Shown here: positions 26,217 to 36,242 of the stretch, in pieces
How the letters are laid out: each line of letters opens with the position of its first letter
Numbering within the stretch: position 1 is the first letter of the stretch
NCBI GenBank assembly: GCA_038060895.1
Contig: JBBTCT010000024.1
Span: 1-64,000, forward strand
DNA from: Planctomycetota bacterium
GTDB lineage: Bacteria > Planctomycetota > MHYJ01 > WSZJ01
Reading direction: 5' to 3'
Length of the DNA: 64,000 bases
Translations under genes and position numbers: made by a program
Notes under the pieces: model-generated
The model's input: the letters and a program-made list of their open reading frames with translations, nothing else
What the model was told of the DNA's origin: nothing
Databases searched by the model: none

Positions 26217-29200
26217 ATGCCCGCGTACCGCCCGCCGTCGTCCCAAGGCTCCGACGCCGATTTCGACCTCGCGCGCCGGGCCGTCGATGCGGGGCTGCTC
26301 AGCGAGGAGCAGGTCGAAGCGGCCCTGATCGCGCAGGAGAAGGAGCCCTCGCGCGGGCTCCTGGAATTCCTCCCGCTTCCCGCCGAGTCGCTGCGCGCCC
26401 TGCGACCGGTCTCGACGCGGACGATCCCGGCGGAAGTTGCGGAAGCGATGCAGGACCCGTCCAAGCGCTTCGGCGACTACTGGCTCGTCTCGAAGCTGGA
26501 CGAAGGCGGGATGGGGGAGGTTTTCCGGGCGTGGGACGGGCGGCTGGGTAGATGGGTGGCGGTGAAGATGCCCAAGAAGCCGGAAAGCGGCGTGGCGCGG
26601 ATGTACTTCGAACGGGAAGCGGGAATGATCGCCGGGCTCGACCACCCGAACATCGCGAAGGTTTTCGAGGTCGGGGAAATCGCCGGGAAACCCTTCCTCG
26701 CGATGCAACTCATCGAAGGAAAGACGCTCGACGACGCGGGTCCCGGCGTGGCCCGGGAGCAGCGGCTGCGGTGGGTCCGCGACGCGGCCTCCGCGGTCGG
26801 CGCGGCGCACGCGGCAGGCGTGATTCACCGCGACATCAAGCCTTCCAACGTGATGGTCGGGCCGGACGGGCACGTGTACGTCCTGGATTTCGGCCTCGCG
26901 AAGTCCGTGGAAATCGCCGACGGGACGGGGGGCGCGTCGCATCTCATCGCGGGGACGCCGAACTACATGTCGCCGGAGCAGGCGCGCGGGAAAGCGGAAA
27001 CGCGGAGCGACATCTACGGCCTCGGCGGAGTGCTCTACGCGCTCATGACGGGGCGCGCGCCCTTCGTCGGCGAAAACGCGACCGAAGTCATCCTGCAGGT
27101 CGTCGATCGCGATCCACTCGCCCCACGCAAACTCGACCCGGGGATGTCGAGCGACCTCGAGGCGATCGTGCTGAAGTGCCTCGAGAAGGACCCGGCGCGG
27201 CGGTACGCGACGATTGCAGAGTTGCTCGAGGATATCGATGCGTGCCTGGCGGGGGCGCCGCTCCGGCACGCCCGAAGACGCACGGCGCTGTACGTCCTGG
27301 GGAGACAGGTCAGGCGGCAGCCGCTTCCCTGGTCTCTCGGAGCCCTCGCGGCGGTTCTCGCGGTGGCGTTTGCGGCAGCCGGCGGCTGGTGGTACGCGAA
27401 GCCGGGAACGCTTCGGCTGCGGATTTCCCCGTCCGGCGCCACGGTCTCGATAGAAGGACGGACGTGGAACGTAGGAACCGACTCGCTCGAAGTCGTGCTG
27501 TCGCAAGGAGCGCACGCCGTCCGCGTCGAGGCCCCCGGCTACGAGCCGGCGATGACCGTGGTGCTGGTGACGAGGGAAGGAGAAGTTCTCCCGGTGACTC
27601 TTCGACACCAGCGGGGGATTCTGGAATTCTCTGTCGATCCTTCGTCCGGAAGGCTCGAGGTCGATGGGTCGCCGCTCGGCGCTCCGGAGCTGGATTCCGG
27701 GAAGCACTCGCTTCTGGCCTTCGCGCCCGGGTGCTTCGATGCGGTCCGAACTGTCGACATTCCTGCGGGAGGCGCGGTCCGCGCCGATTTCGGCCTCGAG
27801 TCCGGCGAATTGTGGCGCCTCCGGAGCGACGCCATCCAGGCCGGCTGCAACGCCAGGGCGCTTCCCGACATCGACGGCGACGGCGCGGCCGACGTCGCCG
27901 TGGAGGAATTGCGGGAGGTCGCGCTGGTCTCGGGATCGACGGGATCCCTGATCCGGCGTGTCAGGGTCGCCGACTCGCCCTCGTGGAACATGGATCGGCT
28001 GGATCTCGGGGGCGCCGAGGGCCAGGTCCTGGCCGCCTACAGCTGCAGCACGCGCGGGCTTCGACTCGATCTCTTCGATCTCACGACGGGCGGAGGCGGG
28101 AAGCGGCGGCTGGAGTGGTCGGAGCCCGGCAACCCCGGCGCGCTGTCCCGCGGCGCGGCTCTGAAACGCGCGCCCGACATGGACGGAGACGGCGTCGCGG
28201 AACTCGTCCTGGGAGTCCGCGACGGCACCTTCTGGCTGGTGAATTCCGTAAAGGGCACCGCCACGGCCCTTCGGACCGGGTTCGATCAACTCTGGTCCAC
28301 GACGTGTCTGGTCGAGGAGGACCGCCTCGTGTTTTCCGGCCCGGACCATCCTGGCCAGGACCTCAGCGGACGCCAGTCCTTTGGCGCCCTTTCGCTGTCC
28401 GATGGTTCCCTGCTTTGGTCCCAGTCAGGAGATTGGATCGCGATCCTCACCGAGGACCTCGAAGGAAGGGGACACGCCTCCGTGTACGGGGTCGCCGCCG
28501 ACCATGTCGATGTCTTCGACGGGCTGGACGGAAGGCGGCTCAGGACACTGAAGACTCCCTTTCCAGGGAGGCCGAGATTCGTCGACACGTCAGGCACGGA
28601 CCCGCGGCGGGTCTTTCTCTTCGCCGGATCCGATGAATTGGCGGCGCTCGACCCCAAGGATGGACACGTCCTTTGGCGGGTGCGGACCAACGCCCCGGTG
28701 AGCGCCGCTCCCGGGCCGCGTGGGGAGATCTTCGTCATGACGGAGGACGCCCTGCTGTCACTCGACCGCGACACGGGGCGAACCCTCTGGAAGGTGGACG
28801 GGAAGCCCGAGGGAAGCCTGGTTGTGGACCTGGATCGCGACGGACGCGAAGAGGTCGTTGTCGGAATCTCAGGCCAGGGCTTCCAGTGCGTCACGGACGC
28901 CGGCGTCCCGCTCTGGCGCCTGCGCCTCAAGGGCTCGCCGCGGCCCCTCGGGACGCTCGACTCGGGCGAAGAGCGCCGCATTCTCTTCGGGCGCGGCTCG
29001 TCCTTCGTCGGACTCGCGCGGACTCCCCGCGAACTCTGGCATGCCGACGCGCCCGGCCCCCTTCTGGCCGCCCCCGTCGTCGCTCGCTCCCGCCTCGGGC
29101 CCGTGGTCTTCCAGGCCGGCGACTGGGGACAGCTCCGGTGGTTGCGGCAGTTCGACGGGAGGACCGGCACCACGGCATGGACCTTCGAGGGAAGCTGCCC

Positions 29201-30164
29201 CCCGAATAACCCGCCACTCGCGACGGACTGGGACGGCGACGGGGATGCGGAGGTCCTGGCCTGGGTCCAGACTGCAGGCCTCAACGCGCTGGAGGTGTTT
29301 CGCGCCGGCGGAGGGCTTTCGAGAAAAGGCTTCTCCGGGCCGGGCGAGACCGACGTCTACGCCACACCGGCCGTGGCCGACTTCGACGGCGACGGCGCCC
29401 TCGATGCGGCCCTGACCCGAAGACAGTCGGGCGACGCCATCGCGTGGAGCGGAAGGGACGGACACATCCTCTGGCGCGTCGATTTGAAGGGCGCTTCCTG
29501 GGGCGGCCCCGCGGTCGTCGACCTCGACGGCGACGCCCACCCCGACATGCTCGCCGCCGCCGACGGCCAGCCGCTGCGCGCGCTTCGCGGGACCGACGGC
29601 ACGTTCCTCTGGGAAGCGCCGGTGGGCGGCGGCGTGCGACACGTTCCGGTGCTCGCGATGCTGAACGGCGACGCCTCTCCGGACATCCTGGTCATGACGA
29701 TCGATGGCGACCTCGTGGCGCTGGACGGCCAATCCGGAACGCGTCTCGCGTCGGTCTCTTGCTCCGATCCCGGCACAGACGGCCCCTCCGTCGCCCCGAA
29801 ACCCGGCGGAGGGCACTTCATCCTCGTCCCCTGCGGCCGCCGGGGAGTGTCTTCCTTCGCCTGGCCCGGGCTCGAGCGGCAGTGGACGGCGCCCCTCGCG
29901 GCGATTGGAACCCCCCTTGCGGCGGACCTCGACGGGGACGGGAAGTGGGAAGTGGCGGCGACCTCGAGCGCGGGTTCGATCGAGGTTCTCGATCTCGCGA
30001 CGGGAAAAGTCCTGTGGTCGCACGCGCTGTCGCCCGAAGGGTGCGTCGCGGGGCCGGCGCTCGCGGATCTCGACGGGGACGGGATCCTGGACATCCTCGC
30101 GGCGGACAGGGGCGGACGCCTGACGGCGGTCAGCGGGCGCCCGACGCGGGCCGCCCGGAGGTAG
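26217..30164 (+). CDS. Membrane Ser/Thr protein kinase with PEGA-like and FG-GAP/PQQ beta-propeller repeats
   Basis: GGMGEV, VAVK, HRDIKPSN, DFG, GTPNYMSPEQ; TM helix; many DxDGDG repeats. Confidence 0.95.
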   Translation: MPAYRPPSSQGSDADFDLARRAVDAGLLSEEQVEAALIAQEKEPSRGLLEFLPLPAESLRALRPVSTRTIPAEVAEAMQDPSKRFGDYWLVSKLDEGGMGEVFRAWDGRLGRWVAVKMPKKPESGVARMYFEREAGMIAGLDHPNIAKVFEVGEIAGKPFLAMQLIEGKTLDDAGPGVAREQRLRWVRDAASAVGAAHAAGVIHRDIKPSNVMVGPDGHVYVLDFGLAKSVEIADGTGGASHLIAGTPNYMSPEQARGKAETRSDIYGLGGVLYALMTGRAPFVGENATEVILQVVDRDPLAPRKLDPGMSSDLEAIVLKCLEKDPARRYATIAELLEDIDACLAGAPLRHARRRTALYVLGRQVRRQPLPWSLGALAAVLAVAFAAAGGWWYAKPGTLRLRISPSGATVSIEGRTWNVGTDSLEVVLSQGAHAVRVEAPGYEPAMTVVLVTREGEVLPVTLRHQRGILEFSVDPSSGRLEVDGSPLGAPELDSGKHSLLAFAPGCFDAVRTVDIPAGGAVRADFGLESGELWRLRSDAIQAGCNARALPDIDGDGAADVAVEELREVALVSGSTGSLIRRVRVADSPSWNMDRLDLGGAEGQVLAAYSCSTRGLRLDLFDLTTGGGGKRRLEWSEPGNPGALSRGAALKRAPDMDGDGVAELVLGVRDGTFWLVNSVKGTATALRTGFDQLWSTTCLVEEDRLVFSGPDHPGQDLSGRQSFGALSLSDGSLLWSQSGDWIAILTEDLEGRGHASVYGVAADHVDVFDGLDGRRLRTLKTPFPGRPRFVDTSGTDPRRVFLFAGSDELAALDPKDGHVLWRVRTNAPVSAAPGPRGEIFVMTEDALLSLDRDTGRTLWKVDGKPEGSLVVDLDRDGREEVVVGISGQGFQCVTDAGVPLWRLRLKGSPRPLGTLDSGEERRILFGRGSSFVGLARTPRELWHADAPGPLLAAPVVARSRLGPVVFQAGDWGQLRWLRQFDGRTGTTAWTFEGSCPPNNPPLATDWDGDGDAEVLAWVQTAGLNALEVFRAGGGLSRKGFSGPGETDVYATPAVADFDGDGALDAALTRRQSGDAIAWSGRDGHILWRVDLKGASWGGPAVVDLDGDAHPDMLAAADGQPLRALRGTDGTFLWEAPVGGGVRHVPVLAMLNGDASPDILVMTIDGDLVALDGQSGTRLASVSCSDPGTDGPSVAPKPGGGHFILVPCGRRGVSSFAWPGLERQWTAPLAAIGTPLAADLDGDGKWEVAATSSAGSIEVLDLATGKVLWSHALSPEGCVAGPALADLDGDGILDILAADRGGRLTAVSGRPTRAARR

Positions 30165-30179
30165 TCCGGCCGGCAGGGC

Positions 30180-31967
30180 CTAGAGCGCCGCCGCTCGATT
30201 GACAGCCTTCTTCAGCTCCAGCACTTTCGCTCCGCGCGGCTGAACCGCTCGCGACCAGAGCCACCCGCCCGAGATTGCGCCCGCGGAGAGAAGCAGGGCG
30301 GCGCTTCCCCACTCGAGGAAGCAGAGCTTGCCGACGCCGAAGGTCAGGCCGAAGACGAACCCGAGGCCGAGGAACCAGTCGAAGAGGTCGCCGGAGAGGC
30401 CCTTTTCGACGGGCAGGGCGAGGCGACGGGCGACCATCGCCCACCCGGGACCGGAGGGACGGACGCGCAGGAAGAAATCCTCCAGCTTGCGCGCTTCTGT
30501 CTGAGGCAGGACGTACGTCGCGAGAAGCCAAAGGCCCGTGGTGATGCTGACGGTGATCATCATCGTCTGCACGAAGTTCGGCTGGATGACGTTGAACGCC
30601 TTGAGGATCTCCAGGGTGACGGCGACGGCGACGCTGGCGCCGACGGCGACGAGCTCACTCCACGCCGACACGCGCCACCAGTACCAGCGCAGCATGTACA
30701 CGAGCCCCGTCCCCGCCTGCGCCGCGATGAGCAGCTGGAACGTTTTCACCAGTCCGTCAGCCTGGCCGAGCATGAGGGCGGTGACGCCGGCGGAAGCGGC
30801 GAGCAGCCCGGCCATGAAGACCTTCGACATGAGGAGGTAATGGGCGTCGGTCGAGTCTTTCCGGATGAAGCGCCGGTAGAGGTCGCTCGTGAGGTAGGAC
30901 GCGCCCCAGTTGAGCTGCGAGTTGATGGTGCCCATGTAGGCGGCGAGGAACGCGGCGATCATGAGGCCGCGCAGGCCCGTGGGGAGGAGGTCGCGGATCA
31001 TCATGGGGTAGGCGAGCTGGCCGTCCTTGAGGCCCGGGTAGAGGGCGAGGGACGCGATGGCCGCGACGATCCACGGCCAGGCGCGGACGGCGTAGTGCGC
31101 GACGTTGAACCAGAGGGTGGCAAGAAGGGCGTGCCGTTCGTCCTTGCAGGCGGCCATGCGCTGGACGAGCACGCCGCCGGCGTTGGCGTTCTTGTTCGAC
31201 CACCACTGGATCCCGATGTACATCAGGAAGACGGCGAGCGCGGAATCGAGGAAGGAGCCGGTGAAGCCGAGGTCGGGGACGAAATTCAGCGAAGCGCTTC
31301 CCTTCGCGGCCACGGCGCCTGCCTTGACGGCGGCCATGCCGCCCGCCTTGCCGACGGCGAGGAAGGCGAGCGTGGTGCAGCCGACGATGGCGAGACCGAA
31401 CTGGATGAGTTCGCCGTAGACGACGCCCCAGAAGCCTGACACGAGGGTGTAGGCGAACGCGACGGCGCAGGCGAAGCCGATGCAGGTCCAGGGCTGCCAG
31501 CCGACGGTGGCTTCGAGGACTTTGGCGAGGCCGAGGGTCGGGAGGCCGCCCATCAGGATGCAGTTCATGGGGACGGCGAAGAGGAAGGCCTTGAAGCCGC
31601 GGAGGGCGGCGGCGGGTTTGCCGGAGTAGCGGAGTTCGGCGAATTCGTTTTCGGTCATGACGCCGGAGCGGCGCCAGAGGCGGGCGTAGAGGAAGACGGA
31701 GATGGCGTGGCAGAAAGCGAAGGACCACCACTGCCAGTTGGCGGAGATGCCGCCGGAGCGGGTCAAGGCGGTGACGTAGAGGGGGGTATCGGCGGAGAAG
31801 GCGGCGGCGGCCATGGAAGTGCCTGCGAGCCACCACGGGAGCGACTTTCCGCAGAGGAAGAACTCATTTAAGCTCTTGCCGCTCTTGGACTTGAAGTAAA
31901 TGCCCAGGGCGACGAAGCCGCCGCAATAGGCGGCGATGATGGACCAGTCGAGGACGGACAGATGCAT
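30180..31967 (-). CDS. Sodium:solute symporter family protein
   Basis: LPWWLAGTSM, QRMAACKDERH, AAYMGTINSQLN; multiple TM helices. Confidence 0.95.
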   Translation of the reverse strand: MHLSVLDWSIIAAYCGGFVALGIYFKSKSGKSLNEFFLCGKSLPWWLAGTSMAAAAFSADTPLYVTALTRSGGISANWQWWSFAFCHAISVFLYARLWRRSGVMTENEFAELRYSGKPAAALRGFKAFLFAVPMNCILMGGLPTLGLAKVLEATVGWQPWTCIGFACAVAFAYTLVSGFWGVVYGELIQFGLAIVGCTTLAFLAVGKAGGMAAVKAGAVAAKGSASLNFVPDLGFTGSFLDSALAVFLMYIGIQWWSNKNANAGGVLVQRMAACKDERHALLATLWFNVAHYAVRAWPWIVAAIASLALYPGLKDGQLAYPMMIRDLLPTGLRGLMIAAFLAAYMGTINSQLNWGASYLTSDLYRRFIRKDSTDAHYLLMSKVFMAGLLAASAGVTALMLGQADGLVKTFQLLIAAQAGTGLVYMLRWYWWRVSAWSELVAVGASVAVAVTLEILKAFNVIQPNFVQTMMITVSITTGLWLLATYVLPQTEARKLEDFFLRVRPSGPGWAMVARRLALPVEKGLSGDLFDWFLGLGFVFGLTFGVGKLCFLEWGSAALLLSAGAISGGWLWSRAVQPRGAKVLELKKAVNRAAAL

Positions 31968-31988
31968 GAACCCTCTCCAGCAATCTTA

Positions 31989-32009
31989 TACTTTATATAT
32001 TATAAAGTA
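31989..32009. promoter_or_regulatory. AT-rich palindromic operator candidate upstream of the symporter
   Basis: TACTTTATA-tat-TATAAAGTA, 21 nt before the ATG. Confidence 0.7.
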
Positions 32010-32038
32010 GAAAGATGTCGAAGGGAAGGCCTTTCTGC

Positions 32039-32076
32039 AAAAAAAAGTGGGCGCGGCTTCATCGGCCGCGCCCGCG
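32039..32076 (-). terminator. Rho-independent terminator
   Basis: gggcgcggc/gccgcgccc stem with an A8 run (U-tract on the minus strand). Confidence 0.85.
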
Positions 32077-32095
32077 TGACTCCGTCTCTTCACCC

Positions 32096-32485
32096 TCACT
32101 CGCAATGATGCTCTGGCGCCGGCGCAGGCATCCGGTGCCTGTAGATCCCCCAGTAGCAGATCGCGAAAATCCCGAACGCCACCGCGCAGATCCCCAGCGC
32201 AACGAGGTAGTAGTGATTCCCCGCACTCCGGGCCGACTCCAGCGACCCCGACATCGCCAGCACGTCGGACGTGGGAAGGTTCTTCAATCCCTCCTGCACC
32301 TCAGCTGATCCCGCTCCCGCCTCCGACAGTCGAGCCTGGAGATTCAGCAGCGCCGCCTCCCGGGCCTCTCTCGCTTCCCTGTCGGCCTTCGGCGTCTGCA
32401 CCATGTCCGCAAAAGCCGGGTTGCTGAATGCCAGCAAGGACAACAGGGCCAGCGCGGGCAGGAACGCCCGCAGAACGGAATTCAT
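32096..32485 (-). CDS. PA2779-like small exported protein with C-terminal TM
   Basis: Signal ..PAFA-DMVQTP; LPTSDVLAM..SAG followed by TM. Confidence 0.65.
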   Translation of the reverse strand: MNSVLRAFLPALALLSLLAFSNPAFADMVQTPKADREAREAREAALLNLQARLSEAGAGSAEVQEGLKNLPTSDVLAMSGSLESARSAGNHYYLVALGICAVAFGIFAICYWGIYRHRMPAPAPEHHCE

Positions 32486-32563
32486 GAATGCCTCCTTCCG
32501 GGCGCGCCCCCTGGCGAACGTCAACGTCAACCTGGACTCACGGCACTGTAGCGGCCGGGCGCG

Positions 32564-32965
32564 TCACTTCGAAGCGCGTTCTTCCAGAACAGGAACCGGT
32601 CCTTCCTCCCGCTCGCCGTGGAAATGCCGTTTGTGCCGCTGCACGCGGGAGATGATCACGATCACGATGATCATGGCGACGAAACTCAGGACCAGGACCA
32701 CGATGAGAAGCGCGATGAGCGCATCGTTGGCGCCGTGCAGAAACGCTTCCGGAGCATTCGCGAGAAGCAGAAGTTCGGCGGTCGGCAGGCCGCGCAGGAC
32801 CTCCGCGTCGCCGGGAATCCGCAGCGCGGCGCCCTGAAGCGCCGCCTCCCTTTCCTCCGGCCGGGGGCGGGGCGTCGCGATCATCCCTGCGCCGGCGGGC
32901 GTCGCGATCAGAAGTTGGACCAGGACCGAAGCGGCGACCAGGAACGCCCGAAGTGATTCACGCAC
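32564..32965 (-). CDS. PA2779-like small exported protein, paralog of 32096-32485
   Basis: GTG start with GGAGGG; ..PAGA-GMIATP; LPTAELLLLA; C-terminal TM. Confidence 0.6.
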   Translation of the reverse strand: MRESLRAFLVAASVLVQLLIATPAGAGMIATPRPRPEEREAALQGAALRIPGDAEVLRGLPTAELLLLANAPEAFLHGANDALIALLIVVLVLSFVAMIIVIVIISRVQRHKRHFHGEREEGPVPVLEERASK

Positions 32966-33096
32966 GGTGTTGTCCCTCCCCCCCCTCCACTCGAATTGTA
33001 GCGGCTCGGGTTGAGAAAGCGCCTCTTGCAAATATGCATACGGAATGCAGATTTACAAGAAGCGACCGCCGACGGCTCTCGTCCTTTTTGCGCGGT

Positions 33097-34671
33097 CTAA
33101 ATTGTGCGGACGTACTTCTCCAGCTCGATCTTCCACACCGGAATCCCGCAGTACCGGTCGCCTTCGGGGCACGACGGCTTGATCCCCGCCATCCATCGCA
33201 GGCCGCACGGCGGAAGCAGGTACTTGCCGATCCGCGGGTTGGCAATCTTGATCTGCTCGGCTTCGTCCTTCGAAGCGCGCCAGATTTCTTCCTGCGCGTT
33301 GTAGCAGAGGCGCGCCTTGAGCTTGTGGTGCAGGTTCAGGAGATCGCTCGACTCGCTGAAGCGGACCGCGACGGCGTTCGGGAGAACGTAGGACGCGTAC
33401 TCCGCGGGGACGCCCATCGCCTTGAGCTTCGCGAACGCGTCCCACGCCCGCGCCATGGCTTCGTCGAAGAGCCGCTTGCCGTCGTCGCTCAGCTTCACGA
33501 GCTCCGGCGCGACGAAATCCGGCTCGTCGTGCAGGTGCGTCAGCAGCACGGGCCGCGAAGCGGGCGTCATCCGGTGGCGCTGGTCCTGCGAATCCGCCGT
33601 GTGCGAGAGCTTCTTCTTGAACGTGAAGTTCGGGTGGTGAAGCGTCCGCGACAGGTGCGACAGCGTCGTCACGTTCATCGACTCGCCGAAAAACCGGTTC
33701 GACTTCGGGTCGAGCGCCACGCGGATCGCCTCGTCGTCCGACATCCGCGATTCCGGAAGCCCGAAAACCTCTCGCACCGCGTCCGCAAGCCCCTTCTCGT
33801 TGTCCGACTTCCACCCCGTCAGCACGCTCGTCCGCCCTCCCAGCTTCGCGTCGAACTCGGCGCAGAATTCTTTCGCCGACGGACGGAAGCGCTGCTGGAT
33901 CCCGGTCTCGGGCAGTTCCGCCTCGGGGATCGGCTCTTCCAGGATCACCTTGAAGAGCGGGTCGGCGCGCAGCAACTCCTCGACCATCAGCCGCACCAGC
34001 TCCTTCGTTTCCGCCGGCGTGTCAGGCTGCTCGCACATCCGCCAGTACCGCAGGAGCGTGAGCCCGGACACCGTGTGATACATGTACGCGAAGATCGAAA
34101 CCGGCAGCACGTACCGCGCGATCTCCTGCGCCTTCTTTTTGACTTCCTTGTCGTACTTCCGATTCGTCCGGCGGCCATTGAAGCGCTTGTAGTACTCCTC
34201 GCCGGTGACGGGCATCAGCACGTCGATCAGCTTCTGGTAGCACCGCACCTGCGCGTCGCACGTCTCGGTGTAGAGCTTCAGCGCTTCGCCCGAAAGCGGC
34301 GGCACCGCGTAGCTCCCCTGCTTCACTTCGACGTACCGCTGGCTCACCTGCTCCGAGTTGTAAAACGGGTGCGAGTGGAGGAACGCCCAGATGCAGTGCC
34401 GCGACACGCGGTCGAGCGCGAACTGGAAATGCGCGTGCTGAAGCGTCGTGTGGTGCCCGGCCTCGTAGATCGACTTCGCGAGCGAATCCCGGCGCTCCGC
34501 CTTCTCCGCCTTCTTGACCTCGGACTTCTCCTTGTCCCCGCCGACTTCCTCCGCCGAAATGATTCCCTTCGACGAATAGCAGGTCCGCGCCGTGGCCACC
34601 GCGTTTTCGAACGGGCGTTCGAACGCGTTGACGAGGCGCACGACGGGGGGGCCGCTTAGAAAGACAGTCAT
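33097..34671 (-). CDS. thyX: FAD-dependent thymidylate synthase, tandem two-domain form
   Basis: GHHTTLQH, QVSQRY and ARYVLP in domain 1; QDQRHR, YVLPNA and AQEEI in domain 2. Confidence 0.92.
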   Translation of the reverse strand: MTVFLSGPPVVRLVNAFERPFENAVATARTCYSSKGIISAEEVGGDKEKSEVKKAEKAERRDSLAKSIYEAGHHTTLQHAHFQFALDRVSRHCIWAFLHSHPFYNSEQVSQRYVEVKQGSYAVPPLSGEALKLYTETCDAQVRCYQKLIDVLMPVTGEEYYKRFNGRRTNRKYDKEVKKKAQEIARYVLPVSIFAYMYHTVSGLTLLRYWRMCEQPDTPAETKELVRLMVEELLRADPLFKVILEEPIPEAELPETGIQQRFRPSAKEFCAEFDAKLGGRTSVLTGWKSDNEKGLADAVREVFGLPESRMSDDEAIRVALDPKSNRFFGESMNVTTLSHLSRTLHHPNFTFKKKLSHTADSQDQRHRMTPASRPVLLTHLHDEPDFVAPELVKLSDDGKRLFDEAMARAWDAFAKLKAMGVPAEYASYVLPNAVAVRFSESSDLLNLHHKLKARLCYNAQEEIWRASKDEAEQIKIANPRIGKYLLPPCGLRWMAGIKPSCPEGDRYCGIPVWKIELEKYVRTI

Positions 34672-34676
34672 GAGTG

Positions 34677-34697
34677 TTGAGGATTGAGGGTTGAGGA
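34677..34697. repeat. Heptamer tandem (ttgaggR) x3 just upstream of thyX
   Basis: ttgagga ttgaggg ttgagga. Confidence 0.6.
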
Positions 34698-34814
34698 ACG
34701 GCGACCTGCGAGGCGGTGTTAGGGAAAAGTTTATGCCTGCGCCGGAAGATGCGGAAGGGAATTCAGCGAAGGTCGAACTGCGGCTAGCGGCGCGCGTTTG
34801 CAGGACGGGAGGAT

Positions 34815-36209
34815 GTGCGCGTGGCGAAACCAGTCGGGCTGCTGGTGGCAGGAATGGTGCTGACGATTGTCATCGCCGTGCAACTGCGTCGACGTGTCGA
34901 GCTGCCGCAAGCGAATGATGGAGCGTCGGGAGAATTCGGATCCGTGCCGGGGCCGACGCTTCCGATGGCGGCGGAAAATCTGAGTGAATGCAAGAGGGCG
35001 ACCAATCCGCTGCCAGGTGAAGCGGCGGAAGAGCGGTGCTCGGTCGATCTCCACGTCATGGACGAGGATGGAGCACACGTTGTGAACGCCCGCCTCACAG
35101 TGTTCCCGCATTCTTCGTCAATCGTCGATGGTGACAAGATCGAGCGCTCCGGGATTCCACTCGCGTGCGGGGTTTCGGGCAACCTGGGCGAGTTCAAGTT
35201 TGAGCTTTACCCTGACGATTACAAGGCGAGCGCATCGCGGGCCGGTTCGGGGCCCGTGGAGTGCGGAAGCTTCGAGTTCACCATTTCGCCCGGAGAAAGA
35301 TCGCGGAACCTGGTTCTCCGCGTCCCTTACCGCTGGATCGACGGTGAAGCCCTCGACGCCCTGGGCACTCCGCTTCCCGGCGCGCACATCCTGCTTCACC
35401 AGCCGGACATTGGCGGGAAGTACCCCGAAGCAACGGCCTCCGGACCGGACGGGAAGTTCACGATGTGGTGCAGTACCGAGTTCCCGGCGCTCCTGAAGTT
35501 GAACGGAAAGTTTGACGGTCGCGCCTCGGGAGACGCGGCGCTGCCCTGGACTTCCGAAGGGATTTCGGACGTCCTCGAGCTTCCGGCCGGCGCGCGTCAC
35601 GCCGTGCTGCGGGCGAAGTCGCTCGACGCCGGCGGCCGGACGACGTTCATGGTCGCGGACGACTCCGGGCTCGCACGGCCGTGGGTGGAAGTCTTCTTCC
35701 GCGGCGATCCGCCGCGCTGCCTGAGGACCGGCGATGACGGCTGCGTGACGATGGACCGCGTGCCGCGCGGCGAATTCGTGGTCGGCGCACGCTTCCCGCA
35801 CGACGACGGGCGCGCCGATGTCTGGGTACTCCCCGAGCGGATCGCGGCGGTCGGCGACGGGCGCACCGTTCTCATTCGCGCGCAGCGCGGCGTCCCGGCC
35901 CGCGGGAAAGTCGTCGGGCCGGAGGGCCAGCCGCTTTTCGGCGCAGACATCCGCCGGGTTGGGGACGGCGAATACCCCAGGGTGCGAACGACGACACGGG
36001 AGGACGGAACCTTCACTTTGTTGTTCCCCCCGGACGTGAAGGAAGTGATTCAGTTCCAGGTGACGTACGAGCCCCCCGCCACGGGAAGCGAGCCGGCGCC
36101 GCATCATGCCTGGATCGGCTGCGTCGTGGGCATCGCGCCCGGGGACACCCCTGTTGAAATCGTGCTGAGTCCCGAAGAGGAAGCAGTCGCCGACCGAACG
36201 GACCGATGA
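34815..36209 (+). CDS. Membrane-anchored protein with carboxypeptidase-regulatory-like (prealbumin-fold) repeats
   Basis: N-terminal TM; repeated GxVxDxxGxPxxGA..TxxDGxF motifs. Confidence 0.75.
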   Translation: MRVAKPVGLLVAGMVLTIVIAVQLRRRVELPQANDGASGEFGSVPGPTLPMAAENLSECKRATNPLPGEAAEERCSVDLHVMDEDGAHVVNARLTVFPHSSSIVDGDKIERSGIPLACGVSGNLGEFKFELYPDDYKASASRAGSGPVECGSFEFTISPGERSRNLVLRVPYRWIDGEALDALGTPLPGAHILLHQPDIGGKYPEATASGPDGKFTMWCSTEFPALLKLNGKFDGRASGDAALPWTSEGISDVLELPAGARHAVLRAKSLDAGGRTTFMVADDSGLARPWVEVFFRGDPPRCLRTGDDGCVTMDRVPRGEFVVGARFPHDDGRADVWVLPERIAAVGDGRTVLIRAQRGVPARGKVVGPEGQPLFGADIRRVGDGEYPRVRTTTREDGTFTLLFPPDVKEVIQFQVTYEPPATGSEPAPHHAWIGCVVGIAPGDTPVEIVLSPEEEAVADRTDR

Positions 36210-36242
36210 TTCGCCTCCGATGAAGCTGCGCGGTCGTGCCTG

